From the IMG/VR virus record IMGVR_UViG_3300032245_001746, positions 255,858 to 319,857 of that record: a stretch of DNA of 64,000 bases; one strand, given 5' to 3'. This document shows positions 1-9,069 of the stretch, piece after piece. The translations under genes and the position numbers were made by a program. The notes under the pieces were generated by a model. That model saw only the letters and a list, made by a program, of their open reading frames with translations, was not told where the DNA came from and made no database searches. Every line of letters begins with the position of its first letter. Positions within the stretch are counted from its first letter, which is position 1.

Positions 1-6
1 TCAAAA

Positions 7-288
7 TTGTTAGATGAAATAGTAAATGATAATTCTAAAATTTTTACAGTTAAAAAAACATTCTCTGGAAAAAATCCAAATGTTGAAATAACATATAATG
101 GATTCGAACCATGTCACCTTTACTGGAATGTTATTTCAAAAGATAAATTCCAATTCTTCTACTTCGAACCAGATCAAACTATTATCTTTTCCTTCAAAGA
201 AATGATGCCAGATACACCTTGTATCCTTCTTAAAAAAGAATCAAAAGACTACATTCTCATCGAATTGTCAAACATCACTTTACCTTGA
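7..288 (+). CDS. Hypothetical protein (may be 5'-partial)
   Basis: ORF at window edge, no motif recognised. Confidence 0.6.
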   Translation: MLDEIVNDNSKIFTVKKTFSGKNPNVEITYNGFEPCHLYWNVISKDKFQFFYFEPDQTIIFSFKEMMPDTPCILLKKESKDYILIELSNITLP

Positions 289-298
289 TAAAAACTGA

Positions 299-307
299 TG
301 GTATAAT
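299..307 (+). promoter_or_regulatory. Canonical extended -10 promoter (TGGTATAAT)
   Basis: TGnTATAAT about 40 nt upstream of ORF 344. Confidence 0.5.
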
Positions 308-343
308 CTAAAATCAAAACAAACTATTTTAGAAAATATTAAC

Positions 344-769
344 ATGATAATAGGGTATAAAGGAACTTACAATTTCACTTGTCTTAGTCATAAATATGAA
401 ATTGGTAAATCTTATGAATTACCATACCATCCAATTCCTCGTCAATATGGATTTCATTATTGTAAAAATCCAAAACATGTTTTAGGTTATTATAATATCA
501 CACCTGATTTCAAATTAATTGAAATTGAAGATCTAAGTAAAGACACAAAAACAGAATACGATAAACGTGTAACAAATAAATTGCGTGTTATTAGAGAAGT
601 TTTAATAGAAGAATATTGTAAATTATTTAATCAACAAATTGAAATTAATGGAAATCAAGTTAAAATCACACGCCCAAATGGATCATGGAATATATGTGAA
701 TATCATAATAATATGATAATTAACTATGAAGATTCAAATAAAATAGTCCGTAAATATAAAAGAATATAA
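344..769 (+). CDS. Family B protein (GYKGTY..C..GFHYC..P..VL.YY..IEIEDL..TNKLRVIRE; DUF7666-like)
   Basis: Shares motifs with 8 minus-strand paralogs. Confidence 0.85.
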   Translation: MIIGYKGTYNFTCLSHKYEIGKSYELPYHPIPRQYGFHYCKNPKHVLGYYNITPDFKLIEIEDLSKDTKTEYDKRVTNKLRVIREVLIEEYCKLFNQQIEINGNQVKITRPNGSWNICEYHNNMIINYEDSNKIVRKYKRI

Positions 770-771
770 TT

Positions 772-1101
772 ATGCTATCAAATATGTCAACCTATATGGT
801 AATATGTATTTTTATTATCGGAATAATAAAAATTGTTTGTAAAAACAAATGCTATATGGATCTAGGTTTCTTCGAATTAGATGAAGAATTTAAAAAAGAA
901 CATGAACTTCAAGAAAATATTTACTTCTTCTCCTGTTTAACAATGTACATTCTAGCTTTAATGCAATTATTCATGGTAATTCTTACAAGTATATCTCAAT
1001 TGTTTTTAATAATAATAATCGTTACAATATTCTATGTGAGAAATCAAGAAAATTTTAAAAAGGAAACTACAAATGAACCACCCAGCAATAATAATACTTA
1101 A
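772..1101 (+). CDS. Hypothetical membrane protein
   Basis: Hydrophobic segments. Confidence 0.7.
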   Translation: MLSNMSTYMVICIFIIGIIKIVCKNKCYMDLGFFELDEEFKKEHELQENIYFFSCLTMYILALMQLFMVILTSISQLFLIIIIVTIFYVRNQENFKKETTNEPPSNNNT

Positions 1102-1333
1102 TGCATTACTAAATGGACAAGAAATCAAAACAAATAATATGACATACGTCATGAGTAATGATGATCAATTTGGAGTAAAAGTAATAGATGAATCTGGAGA
1201 AGAATGCGTAATGATCACAGATTACTCCATTAATTGGCTACTTAAATTCGCTAATTCACTAACTCCAGATGAAATCACACTCATTGCAGCAAACACAGCA
1301 TTTAATAAAGTAAAATTCAATGAGTCCAGATGA
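1073..1333 (+). CDS. Hypothetical protein
   Basis: RBS AAGGA, coupled ORF. Confidence 0.75.
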   Translation: MNHPAIIILNALLNGQEIKTNNMTYVMSNDDQFGVKVIDESGEECVMITDYSINWLLKFANSLTPDEITLIAANTAFNKVKFNESR

Positions 1334-1562
1334 TTTGTTAGCATATCTAGCCGCTAAACCTAAAAAAGAAAAACCAACTCTCGCAAAATCAGATAAATCC
1401 ATGTTAAAAGCATGGATCTATCTAAGAAATAATAAATACTTTATTAATGATGTTTTATGCAGACATGGTCTTTCAAGTTGCTATCAAATTGATGAAATCG
1501 AACATGAACACGCTATCGCAAATGCATGGAGCCATATATCAGATTATCTAGCTAATATTTGA
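1320..1562 (+). CDS. Hypothetical protein; last + strand gene, converges on glf
   Basis: Overlaps upstream stop. Confidence 0.7.
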   Translation: MSPDDLLAYLAAKPKKEKPTLAKSDKSMLKAWIYLRNNKYFINDVLCRHGLSSCYQIDEIEHEHAIANAWSHISDYLANI

Positions 1563-2641
1563 CTTAAATCTTTTAACGCCATTCCAAATACAGCATCCAT
1601 ATCTAAATACTTATAACTACCTAATCTGCCTCCAAATAATACATTGTCAGATTTACTCTTTTCATAATACTTTTTATATAATTCCTGATTTCTAACACTA
1701 TTTACAGGATAATATCTCTCTCCACCTAATTTATACTCAATAGGATATTCCTCAGTTATTATCGTATGTTTTAAATTTAAATTATTAACAAAATGCTTAT
1801 GCTCAATCACACGTGTATAAGGAATGTTTATGTCTGTATAATTAACCTGAGCTATCCCCTGATAATCACTAATTTCATGACGATACTCTTTAAAATTTAA
1901 ACTTCTATATTCTAAAAAACCATAACAATAATTATAATATTCGTCTATACTTCCACTGTATATCAAATTCTTAGCTATTGATTTCCAGTTTAAATCAAAC
2001 TCTTCACCTAATTTAACCTCAATACCATCCAACAATCTACTAAATATATTGGTATAACTTCCATTCATTGGTATTCCACTATACTTTGAATTATGATAAT
2101 GATCATTATCGTTATATCTAATTGGTAATCTTTTACCTATAGAACAAGGAATATTACTGCAACTCGTTCCCCACTGCTTCTCAGAATATCCCTTGTAAAA
2201 TTTTAAATATATCTCCTCACCTAATTCATTTAATACATGTTTCTCTAAATTATCCACTTTATCAAAATGTTTTTTTCTTAATTTTAATTCATTTAATACT
2301 TCTTCTTCATTATTACAACCCCATAATTGATTAAATGTTTTTAAATTTATAGGAAAACTGTAAATCTCGCCCTTATAATTTACTTTCACTTTGTGATTAT
2401 AATTATTTATAGGATATATTGAATTCACATATTCCCAAATTTTATCAGAATTAGTATTAAATATATGAGGTCCATATTTATGAACCTCTATTCCATCTAC
2501 ACTCTCAGTATAACAATTACCACCTATATGACACCTTCTATCAATTACCAAACAACTCTTACCAACTTTAGTTAACTCATATGCAAGTACACTTCCATAT
2601 ATTCCACTGCCCACAATCATATAATCATACATGCTTACCAC
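1544..2641 (-). CDS. glf: UDP-galactopyranose mutase
   Basis: N-terminal GxGxxG FAD motif, HIGGNCY, HKYGPHIF, YTRVIEHKHF, RYYPVN, GRLGSYKYLDMD; 365 aa. Confidence 0.95.
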   Translation of the reverse strand: MVSMYDYMIVGSGIYGSVLAYELTKVGKSCLVIDRRCHIGGNCYTESVDGIEVHKYGPHIFNTNSDKIWEYVNSIYPINNYNHKVKVNYKGEIYSFPINLKTFNQLWGCNNEEEVLNELKLRKKHFDKVDNLEKHVLNELGEEIYLKFYKGYSEKQWGTSCSNIPCSIGKRLPIRYNDNDHYHNSKYSGIPMNGSYTNIFSRLLDGIEVKLGEEFDLNWKSIAKNLIYSGSIDEYYNYCYGFLEYRSLNFKEYRHEISDYQGIAQVNYTDINIPYTRVIEHKHFVNNLNLKHTIITEEYPIEYKLGGERYYPVNSVRNQELYKKYYEKSKSDNVLFGGRLGSYKYLDMDAVFGMALKDLSQILAR

Positions 2642-3302
2642 CTAATAAATTAATTAATCTTAATTTTATATTATCAAAATTGTCCTCTTTATTTAATACA
2701 ATATACTCATCATTATAGTCTATTGATAAAAAATTAAACATTTTATTGATATTTTTCTTATTAATTAATTCATCATAATCGAGAATTATAAAATATCGCT
2801 CTCCTATGCCATATAAATAATTCTTCCATAAATTATCAAAATAACATACTTGATGATAACACTGTATCAACGAATAATCTCCATTTAATCTTTTATTAAT
2901 GTACATAGATACACTTTGATCTATAATGTTTCTTTTCATTACAATGTATTTTTCAACATCATAATTATTATAATCAAAACAACTTATCATTAACGTTATA
3001 TTGTTGTAATTATATTCACATAATTCATTACTTGTTAATCTGGATAAAAAAGGCACACCAGATATTAATTCATAATATTGAATAAAATTCAATTGTAAAT
3101 TATTGGGCGAATTTGATTTAAAATCATTTATATTCTTGTAAAGATAACACCATTTGCCAAAAGCAATATTGTTGATGTTATTATAGCCGCTTACAACTTC
3201 CTTGTTCTTATGAATAAAATTATTGTATTTATTTGTACTATTTAACAAATTACTGACTTCATTGCCACCATCATAATCATTTGATAATATCCAACAACTC
3301 AT
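2625..3302 (-). CDS. Putative sulfotransferase-like (Stf0-type) protein, divergent
   Basis: KYIVMKRNIIDQSVS and LDYDEL resemble the R..L.QAVS / YEDL motifs; the 5' PAPS loop is not clear. Confidence 0.4.
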   Translation of the reverse strand: MSCWILSNDYDGGNEVSNLLNSTNKYNNFIHKNKEVVSGYNNINNIAFGKWCYLYKNINDFKSNSPNNLQLNFIQYYELISGVPFLSRLTSNELCEYNYNNITLMISCFDYNNYDVEKYIVMKRNIIDQSVSMYINKRLNGDYSLIQCYHQVCYFDNLWKNYLYGIGERYFIILDYDELINKKNINKMFNFLSIDYNDEYIVLNKEDNFDNIKLRLINLLGGKHV

Positions 3303-3317
3303 AATAATTATATAGTA

Positions 3318-3509
3318 CTATTTGCTCCAAAAATCAGGATCTGCTCGCCTCGCAACCCTTAATCCTATTAATCTTTGACAATTATTAATTGATGAAAAAA
3401 AATCATTTATATTAGATTCTTTAGTCTCTAACAAAAGATACTTATCCCATGCATCAACCAATAAACTTAAAATTTCTTTTTCTTTATCCGTTAAACGCAC
3501 ATCACTCAT
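3318..3509 (-). CDS. Hypothetical protein
   Basis: Coupled ORF in operon. Confidence 0.7.
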   Translation of the reverse strand: MSDVRLTDKEKEILSLLVDAWDKYLLLETKESNINDFFSSINNCQRLIGLRVARRADPDFWSK

Positions 3510-4144
3510 TCAGAATATCTCCTAACTGTACTAATAAATGCTTCTAAAGCCGTTAAATCAATGTTTTCATCATTCTTGCAAATAGAACTGGATAACATAA
3601 AAATATCTGCATCATATATGTAATCAACAACATTAACAAAATCTAATCCACTAGCAATTGCTAATATATGAGAACCCAAGTATTCTCTCATTTCCCTTAT
3701 CTTCTTAATCTCAGGAGCAAAACCAGTAGATGGTCCACTTGTAGTTACTACATTCATACTTGTAATTGCCGCTTCACACGCACCCTTTAAATCTTTCTCA
3801 ATCGGCTGATACTTAAATGCTACTCCACCAAAATATAAACCATCATATTTAAAACTATCAAATAAATTAAATGCCTGATCTGTCCATAATCCATCCAAAA
3901 ATAACAAATCACCTAAATCATCAACCGCTCTCACACTCAAATCATTAATTCCTAACCAATAATCAGGAAATAATCTTCTACACTCTTTAGCAATTGTTAT
4001 TAACTCTTCTCTGGAAATTACATGATTAATTAAAAAACATCCATCTGCACCCGCAGATATACACGTATTAATGTTTCTAATCGCTTGATCCAAACTCTCA
4101 ACATGAATTACTGGCAACACAGCTTTTATATTAAATTCTTTCAT
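3506..4144 (-). CDS. BtpA/SgcQ-like TIM-barrel protein
   Basis: LPVIHV, AGADGCFLIN, VAFKYQ, VVTTSGPSTG, AIASG motifs. Confidence 0.7.
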   Translation of the reverse strand: MKEFNIKAVLPVIHVESLDQAIRNINTCISAGADGCFLINHVISREELITIAKECRRLFPDYWLGINDLSVRAVDDLGDLLFLDGLWTDQAFNLFDSFKYDGLYFGGVAFKYQPIEKDLKGACEAAITSMNVVTTSGPSTGFAPEIKKIREMREYLGSHILAIASGLDFVNVVDYIYDADIFMLSSSICKNDENIDLTALEAFISTVRRYSE

Positions 4145-4154
4145 AATATTCTTT

Positions 4155-4472
4155 CTAAAATTTGTCCCAAACTTTTAACGCAACATCATCAGAATCATAA
4201 TCTCCATAATGCATAACTATTTCATAACGCAAACCACATTTATTACAACAATGATTACTTGCTCTAATCCAATTCTTACATCTAGGACAAAATTCCCTCA
4301 CCCATAATGGTATACTTATTACAAATAATGCATATATCCCAAATAATACTAAAAATATAGTTGTAATTATATTTATCGCATTTTTAAGTGTTAATAATGC
4401 AATTATAGTTAATGGCAAATGAATTATAAAAACAACTATTAATGCAAATAAAAATGATTTTTTCCAACTCAT
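4155..4472 (-). CDS. Membrane protein with C-terminal zinc ribbon
   Basis: Two TM segments then CPRC..CCNKC. Confidence 0.7.
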   Translation of the reverse strand: MSWKKSFLFALIVVFIIHLPLTIIALLTLKNAINIITTIFLVLFGIYALFVISIPLWVREFCPRCKNWIRASNHCCNKCGLRYEIVMHYGDYDSDDVALKVWDKF

Positions 4473-4544
4473 ACTCTACCTTTTATAATTTGTTTAAAAC
4501 AATAATAACAAATACATAACATTAATATAATTGCAATTATATCC

Positions 4545-4889
4545 TTAATTATATTCATCTTCTTTGTCTTCCTCTACTTGTTTAAAAGTCATTGTATTAA
4601 AATCTAATTCAAAAAATTTAATAGGCTCCCAATTATTGCCATAATTTAACCTCTCCAACAAATTCTCCTTTATCTCACTATCACGCTGAATAGTAGAACC
4701 TAATAACTCAATACAAACATTATTCTTAGAAACTCCAAATCTAACCTTGCGATTATATAATGATTTATTTAATACACTCTTATCAGATGGTTTAAATACA
4801 AAGTTATCTAAAATAACACCAAGAATAAATCCCAAAATTAAAAATATAATGAATATTACAAATAAATTAAATTGAAAATTAGCAAACAT
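4545..4889 (-). CDS. Hypothetical membrane protein
   Basis: N-terminal TM helix. Confidence 0.7.
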   Translation of the reverse strand: MFANFQFNLFVIFIIFLILGFILGVILDNFVFKPSDKSVLNKSLYNRKVRFGVSKNNVCIELLGSTIQRDSEIKENLLERLNYGNNWEPIKFFELDFNTMTFKQVEEDKEDEYN

Positions 4890-4892
4890 AAA

Positions 4893-5171
4893 TTAATAAT
4901 ACCTCTTAATCTCTTTCAAAGTGACTAAATTATCTAAATATTCAATTTTAATTTTAATAAAACCTTGACATAACTCTTTTTTAACAAAATTAATTACATC
5001 AAACAAATTATAAAAAATTCTAGTAGTTATAATCTTATATGGATCAACCTCTTTAAGAGTTTCCCAAATTGGAAAAAACAATAAATACCAAGGATTAATC
5101 CTTTTATATATTATATAATAAGGCTCAAACTCTTCATCTCTAAATTGTATTATACTATATGTTGGAAACAC
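4893..5171 (-). CDS. Hypothetical protein
   Basis: First ORF after the TGGTATAAT promoter. Confidence 0.65.
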   Translation of the reverse strand: MFPTYSIIQFRDEEFEPYYIIYKRINPWYLLFFPIWETLKEVDPYKIITTRIFYNLFDVINFVKKELCQGFIKIKIEYLDNLVTLKEIKRYY

Positions 5172-5197
5172 AGTATTGCTCCTTTTAAAAAAACATT

Positions 5198-5206
5198 CTA
5201 TTATAC
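5198..5206 (-). promoter_or_regulatory. Canonical extended -10 promoter (TGGTATAAT) for the leftward AT-rich operon
   Basis: + strand attatacca upstream of ORF 4893-5171. Confidence 0.5.
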
Positions 5207-5551
5207 CAGCATGGAACCAAAAGTGTAATGAAATTACTGCAAATTACTTAATAAAAAATTTTGTAACAATTTTTTTGTAATACCCCCATGTTAATTTTAA
5301 CTCATTTACCTATTACAGATTATGTTATAATTAATCATTAAACAATTTTGTAACAATTAATAATTAAATTTGAGTTGAAAACCCTACAAAATAAAAAACA
5401 ATTTTTAATTGAAAATAAAATGACCGGGTGATAGCTGGTAAGAGGGGTATGCCCTACCAAACTTTTTTAAAGTTTTTTCAAATTAATTTCTTTATTTTTA
5501 ATTTTGCAACAATTTATTGTACAATCAAACTTCCTGTTAAGAAAATGTTAA

Positions 5552-5581
5552 GAAAGGACTGGCACCATTTCCAGTCCTTTC
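5552..5581 (-). terminator. Hairpin ending the cassette array
   Basis: GAAAGGACTGG/CCAGTCCTTTC 11-bp stem. Confidence 0.7.
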
Positions 5582-5602
5582 AAACTTCGTCAACCACCTA
5601 GA

Positions 5603-5878
5603 TCAACAACGTTTGGCAAGTTTGATGTCGACCTCGTTCGTTCGAACCCAATGATCGTAGATCTCATTACCAGCCAGTTCGATGATCAGGTCTCGCGTCT
5701 TGCCATACAATCCCTGAGAGCTTGCATCGTATGACACGAGCCATTCTTCTGCGGGTTCAGGAGAGTCGGCAGTGTTGCATACTGCAATCAATCCGAAAAG
5801 TTGAATGATTCTTCTTGCATAATCATTCAATTCGGTCTCACCATCACGATAAACAACGAGAACAGAAGGCTTTGACAT
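5603..5878 (-). CDS. Hypothetical protein
   Basis: AAGGA RBS, start trimmed to MSKPSV. Confidence 0.8.
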   Translation of the reverse strand: MSKPSVLVVYRDGETELNDYARRIIQLFGLIAVCNTADSPEPAEEWLVSYDASSQGLYGKTRDLIIELAGNEIYDHWVRTNEVDIKLAKRC

Positions 5879-5928
5879 TGTTATTCCTTTGACAAGAAGT
5901 GTTTGACTTACAACAGGATATTGTACAA

Positions 5929-6174
5929 TCAAACTAGGATGTCCCAGGTCTCACAAAGCGAATCAATTGCTTCGTTAATGGTCAGAACCATTGTCAACCA
6001 GTCATCGAAATCGAGAAGTCTTCCGACCAGAGTCTCAGCCTCCGAATAAAGCTGAGACTCTGCGAATTTCAACTGATCCACTAACTGAACAGCCGTATCG
6101 TATTCAGTACAGCGTTCTGCTTCGAACAGAACAGAGATCAGATGTGTTATCTCGTTTTTGATTGATGCTATCAT
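5929..6174 (-). CDS. Hypothetical protein
   Basis: AGGAG RBS; TGA stop lies inside the repeat. Confidence 0.8.
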   Translation of the reverse strand: MIASIKNEITHLISVLFEAERCTEYDTAVQLVDQLKFAESQLYSEAETLVGRLLDFDDWLTMVLTINEAIDSLCETWDILV

Positions 6175-6206
6175 TTGTTTTCTCCTGATAGCATCAGATT
6201 GTACAA

Positions 6207-6446
6207 TCAAACTGGAATGCTGTTGTACTCTTCAACGGCAAGTGAAAACGACGTGAATCGTTTTGGTTCCTCGTCATTGTGTTGCACCACATAATTGACG
6301 TGATCAAGTCGAGACTTATCGCAATAGTAGGGCTTCACAACAACAACCAGGGATTTTTTCCCAATTCCAGAAACCGCACAGGATGCGATTGTTGTTGAGA
6401 CTTCTTGATCCTTCGTGCTTTCCAGATCGATTTCGTGTTTTCTCAT
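6207..6446 (-). CDS. Hypothetical protein
   Basis: GGAG RBS; stop inside the repeat. Confidence 0.8.
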   Translation of the reverse strand: MRKHEIDLESTKDQEVSTTIASCAVSGIGKKSLVVVVKPYYCDKSRLDHVNYVVQHNDEEPKRFTSFSLAVEEYNSIPV

Positions 6447-6503
6447 TGTTTTCTCCAAGTTTGTGGCTGACAACGAGATATTGTACAATCAAACTTGATG
6501 GTT

Positions 6504-6686
6504 CTACTTGGAAAAATAGAACCCAAACAAGCACACAACCGCAATTCCAAATGAAATGATCATTGCAGATCGAATCAGGAAAATCATTCCTTCGCCGCCA
6601 AAATGATTTGGGTTGGTTTCTTTATGCATTTTGACAGCGAGAGCCATCAAAAACAAGTTAAAGATGAAAATGAAGACGTAGATCAC
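6504..6686 (-). CDS. Small two-TM membrane protein
   Basis: AGGAG RBS, GTG start. Confidence 0.75.
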   Translation of the reverse strand: MIYVFIFIFNLFLMALAVKMHKETNPNHFGGEGMIFLIRSAMIISFGIAVVCLFGFYFSK

Positions 6687-6756
6687 TTGTTTTCTCCTGT
6701 TGTTTGTTTCTCGTATCGTTGTATTGTACAATCAAACTTGTTGATTTGTGAATAAA

Positions 6757-6787
6757 AAAACGGGGATAATTTAATTATCCCCGTTTT
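6757..6787 (-). terminator. Intrinsic terminator
   Basis: AAAACGGGGATAAT/ATTATCCCCGTTTT stem with U-tract. Confidence 0.85.
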
Positions 6788-6869
6788 ACAACACGACTAC
6801 GTATGGAACATTTATGTCAGCTTAAAGCTGCGTTTTGTTTTTGGGTCCAATCGAGTCGGGTGTTGTATC
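6787..6869 (-). ncRNA. Candidate small structured RNA, copy A
   Basis: ORF-free promoter-to-terminator unit, near-identical to 10359-10441, ends base-pair. Confidence 0.65.
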
Positions 6870-6890
6870 GTTGAATTGTACAATCAAACT

Positions 6891-7148
6891 TCAATCGATT
6901 TTGAATTCTGATCCGTCTGGAAGTTCAACTTTTGTGACATTTGGAATAAGTCCTTGTTCGCGACTGTCAAACAGTGCGGAACGCAGATCTTGTTCGTTTG
7001 GATTTGGCCAATGAATTGAGTTTGCTCCCTCAGTATGAGAGATCAAAATACAAACTCCATCGTCTTCGTAATGAGCCTTCATCAATTCGTCGACGATATC
7101 GTCTTCAGAAGTGTAAAGTGTTCCGTCGATTGCAATTAATCGCACCAT
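6891..7148 (-). CDS. Acidic hypothetical protein
   Basis: AAGGA RBS. Confidence 0.8.
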   Translation of the reverse strand: MVRLIAIDGTLYTSEDDIVDELMKAHYEDDGVCILISHTEGANSIHWPNPNEQDLRSALFDSREQGLIPNVTKVELPDGSEFKID

Positions 7149-7204
7149 TGATCGTTTCCTTTGAGGTTGACGTGTTTTGTATCAATGGATTGTACAATCA
7201 AACT

Positions 7205-7402
7205 TCAGTCAACAATCCAGACAATTTTGCCAGTGCCTTTAACAAAAGCAACCTCTTTGCCATCCTGTTTCACACATACGGGGCATCCGTCCATGCTATT
7301 TTCGGCGGTTCGAAGTCCGTCCTGAACGCATTTTTCAACAGCTTTACGATCAGGCAGATTATTCGTTGGATGTGTGGTTCCGTTGTAATGCACTGAATAC
7401 AT
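7205..7402 (-). CDS. Hypothetical protein
   Basis: Start trimmed to MYSVH. Confidence 0.75.
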   Translation of the reverse strand: MYSVHYNGTTHPTNNLPDRKAVEKCVQDGLRTAENSMDGCPVCVKQDGKEVAFVKGTGKIVWIVD

Positions 7403-7459
7403 TGCGTTTTCCCCTGGATTACCTGTGATTGTTCTGAGAGGGGATTGTACAATCAAACT

Positions 7460-7783
7460 TCAATCCCAACTTACAAGGTCCCAGCGAACCTCACCTGTAT
7501 CTCGCAGGATTTCGAGCATTTGAATTGCTTGCAATGGAGTGGCTTGTTCTACTTTTCCACACATGTATCCATTAAATTCTGGATAAACGACACGTTCAGA
7601 TTGTCTTACAGGCACACCCGTGAAGTCGGCAAACAAATCAGGACTTATGAAATGTTCGTATTGCGGTTTGCAGACGGTTCGAATATGTCCAGCAATACAA
7701 CGTTCAAGACTCCACATGTCAAATGAGTCTTCATTAACATTCTTCAAAATGTCAATGGCTTTTTGCACATTTGGATAGATCAT
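7460..7783 (-). CDS. Hypothetical protein
   Basis: Start trimmed to MIYPNV. Confidence 0.8.
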   Translation of the reverse strand: MIYPNVQKAIDILKNVNEDSFDMWSLERCIAGHIRTVCKPQYEHFISPDLFADFTGVPVRQSERVVYPEFNGYMCGKVEQATPLQAIQMLEILRDTGEVRWDLVSWD

Positions 7784-7861
7784 TTGCTCATTCCGTTTTG
7801 TTTGGGGCTGATATCGATATCGGTTCATTGTACAATCAAAATTCATTGATTAAGTACAAGA

Positions 7862-7899
7862 GAAAACGGCAAAGATGGCGTACATCCCTACCGTTTTTC
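7862..7899 (-). terminator. Intrinsic terminator
   Basis: AAAACGG...CCGTTTT imperfect stem. Confidence 0.65.
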
Positions 7900-7922
7900 A
7901 GTTCTAAAGTTTGGGAGCTTGA

Positions 7923-7994
7923 TCAAACTGAAGAACGATTTCGATTTCGAATTTTTCGCAGGACGATTCCTGTCAGCAGGAACAATGAAATCAT
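7923..7994 (-). CDS. 23-aa hydrophobic/basic peptide MISLFLLTGIVLRKIRNRNRSSV
   Basis: GGAG RBS, own promoter at 8033; below ORF-track cutoff. Confidence 0.55.
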   Translation of the reverse strand: MISLFLLTGIVLRKIRNRNRSSV

Positions 7995-8065
7995 TTGTTT
8001 ACTCCGTTCGGGTGAAGGGCTGATACGGTTACATTGTACAATCAAACTTAATTAATTAAGTATAA

Positions 8066-8104
8066 GAAAAAACGAATGAGGTTCTTACTCTCATTCGTTT
8101 TTTC
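8066..8104 (-). terminator. Intrinsic terminator
   Basis: GAAAAAACGAATGAG/CTCATTCGTTTTTTC. Confidence 0.85.
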
Positions 8105-8266
8105 TTTTTTTCATAGAGGAGACTATGCGGCGTAGATTAGTCTCTCAGCACTCTTATTTCCCTGCAACATTTGGGTTGACCATCACCAAAATTAGGTCTT
8201 GTTGTTTAAGTACAACAAGCAAAACTAATTATTTTGTAGTACATCAACTCATTGTACAATCAAACT

Positions 8267-8458
8267 TCAACCGCCAATACTCCAATGAGATGGCTTTGTT
8301 GGTTTTTGAATGGTCACATATCGTCTTCCATCAACAATTCTGATGGTTTTGACACTTCCATCTGGCAATCTCACCGTTCCAGATCCATTCGAACAACGAG
8401 TTTGTGTGTCATGTCTGTCATGTGTGTCGTAATAGCCACCATATAGGTTTTTGCTCAT
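8267..8458 (-). CDS. Hypothetical protein
   Basis: AAGGA RBS. Confidence 0.75.
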   Translation of the reverse strand: MSKNLYGGYYDTHDRHDTQTRCSNGSGTVRLPDGSVKTIRIVDGRRYVTIQKPTKPSHWSIGG

Positions 8459-8517
8459 GTTTGTTTCCTTCTGACATCGTCATATTGTACAATCAAACTT
8501 CATTGATTAAGTATAAG

Positions 8518-8547
8518 AAAAAACAGGAATGTTTCATTCCTGTTTTT
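8518..8547 (-). terminator. Intrinsic terminator
   Basis: AAAAACAGGAATG/CATTCCTGTTTTT. Confidence 0.85.
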
Positions 8548-8652
8548 AGCGATTTTTGGATAAAATTAGTGTTTTACTCGTTACTTATACAGTAGTATAT
8601 ACTAACGTGGTATACCTTTGTATAAGAACATCGCCAAACGCTCTACACTAAT
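8548..8652 (-). ncRNA. Candidate pseudoknotted RNA motif, copy 1 of 3
   Basis: Conserved with 24954-25039 and 25529-25606, with covarying stems. Confidence 0.7.
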
Positions 8653-8696
8653 CCAGCTTTATCAATACCCTAAAGCTGGAAATCGGGATAAATTAG

Positions 8697-8769
8697 TGGT
8701 GCCGGTGGGAATCGAACCCACGACCATCGGATTAAAAGTCCGGTGCTCTACCAACTGAGCTACGACACC
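8697..8769 (-). tRNA. tRNA-Lys(UUU), no encoded CCA
   Basis: GGTGTCG/CGGCACC acceptor, CTTTTAA anticodon loop, GTTCGATTC T-loop. Confidence 0.95.
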
Positions 8770-8795
8770 AATACTGTCAGATTGTACAATCAAAC

Positions 8796-9035
8796 TTACC
8801 AGCCGTAATCGGATGGATCGAAACAAGACATGTCTGGATCTGTATCTAGTTCCAGATCTAAATCCTCATCCAGATATTCATCCAAATAGCTGTCATTACA
8901 GCAACCACATGGACAATACTGATCATATTCCAGATAGGAAAAATACAGATCTTCCAATTCGAGTTCTTCACGAACTTGTTCTTCTCTTTCGAGACGTTGT
9001 TCTTCGTTGAATTTTGCTACCAGGTTTTTTGACAT
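8796..9035 (-). CDS. Very acidic small protein with CPCGCC motif
   Basis: AGGAG RBS; about 25 D/E in 79 aa. Confidence 0.8.
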   Translation of the reverse strand: MSKNLVAKFNEEQRLEREEQVREELELEDLYFSYLEYDQYCPCGCCNDSYLDEYLDEDLDLELDTDPDMSCFDPSDYGW

Positions 9036-9069
9036 TGTTGTTCTCCTGAAGCAGGATTGTACAATCAAA

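Noticed and set aside
6810-6850. tmRNA tag-like GCAGCTTTAA in the duplicated sRNA
   Set aside because: Not conserved in the second copy, and there is no tRNA-like domain.
8548-8652. Assignment of the three-copy RNA to SAH riboswitch, twister or theta ribozyme
   Set aside because: It shares only short words (GAGCG, GUAAA). Stem order and 3'-terminal location do not fit those consensus structures by eye, so it is left unassigned.
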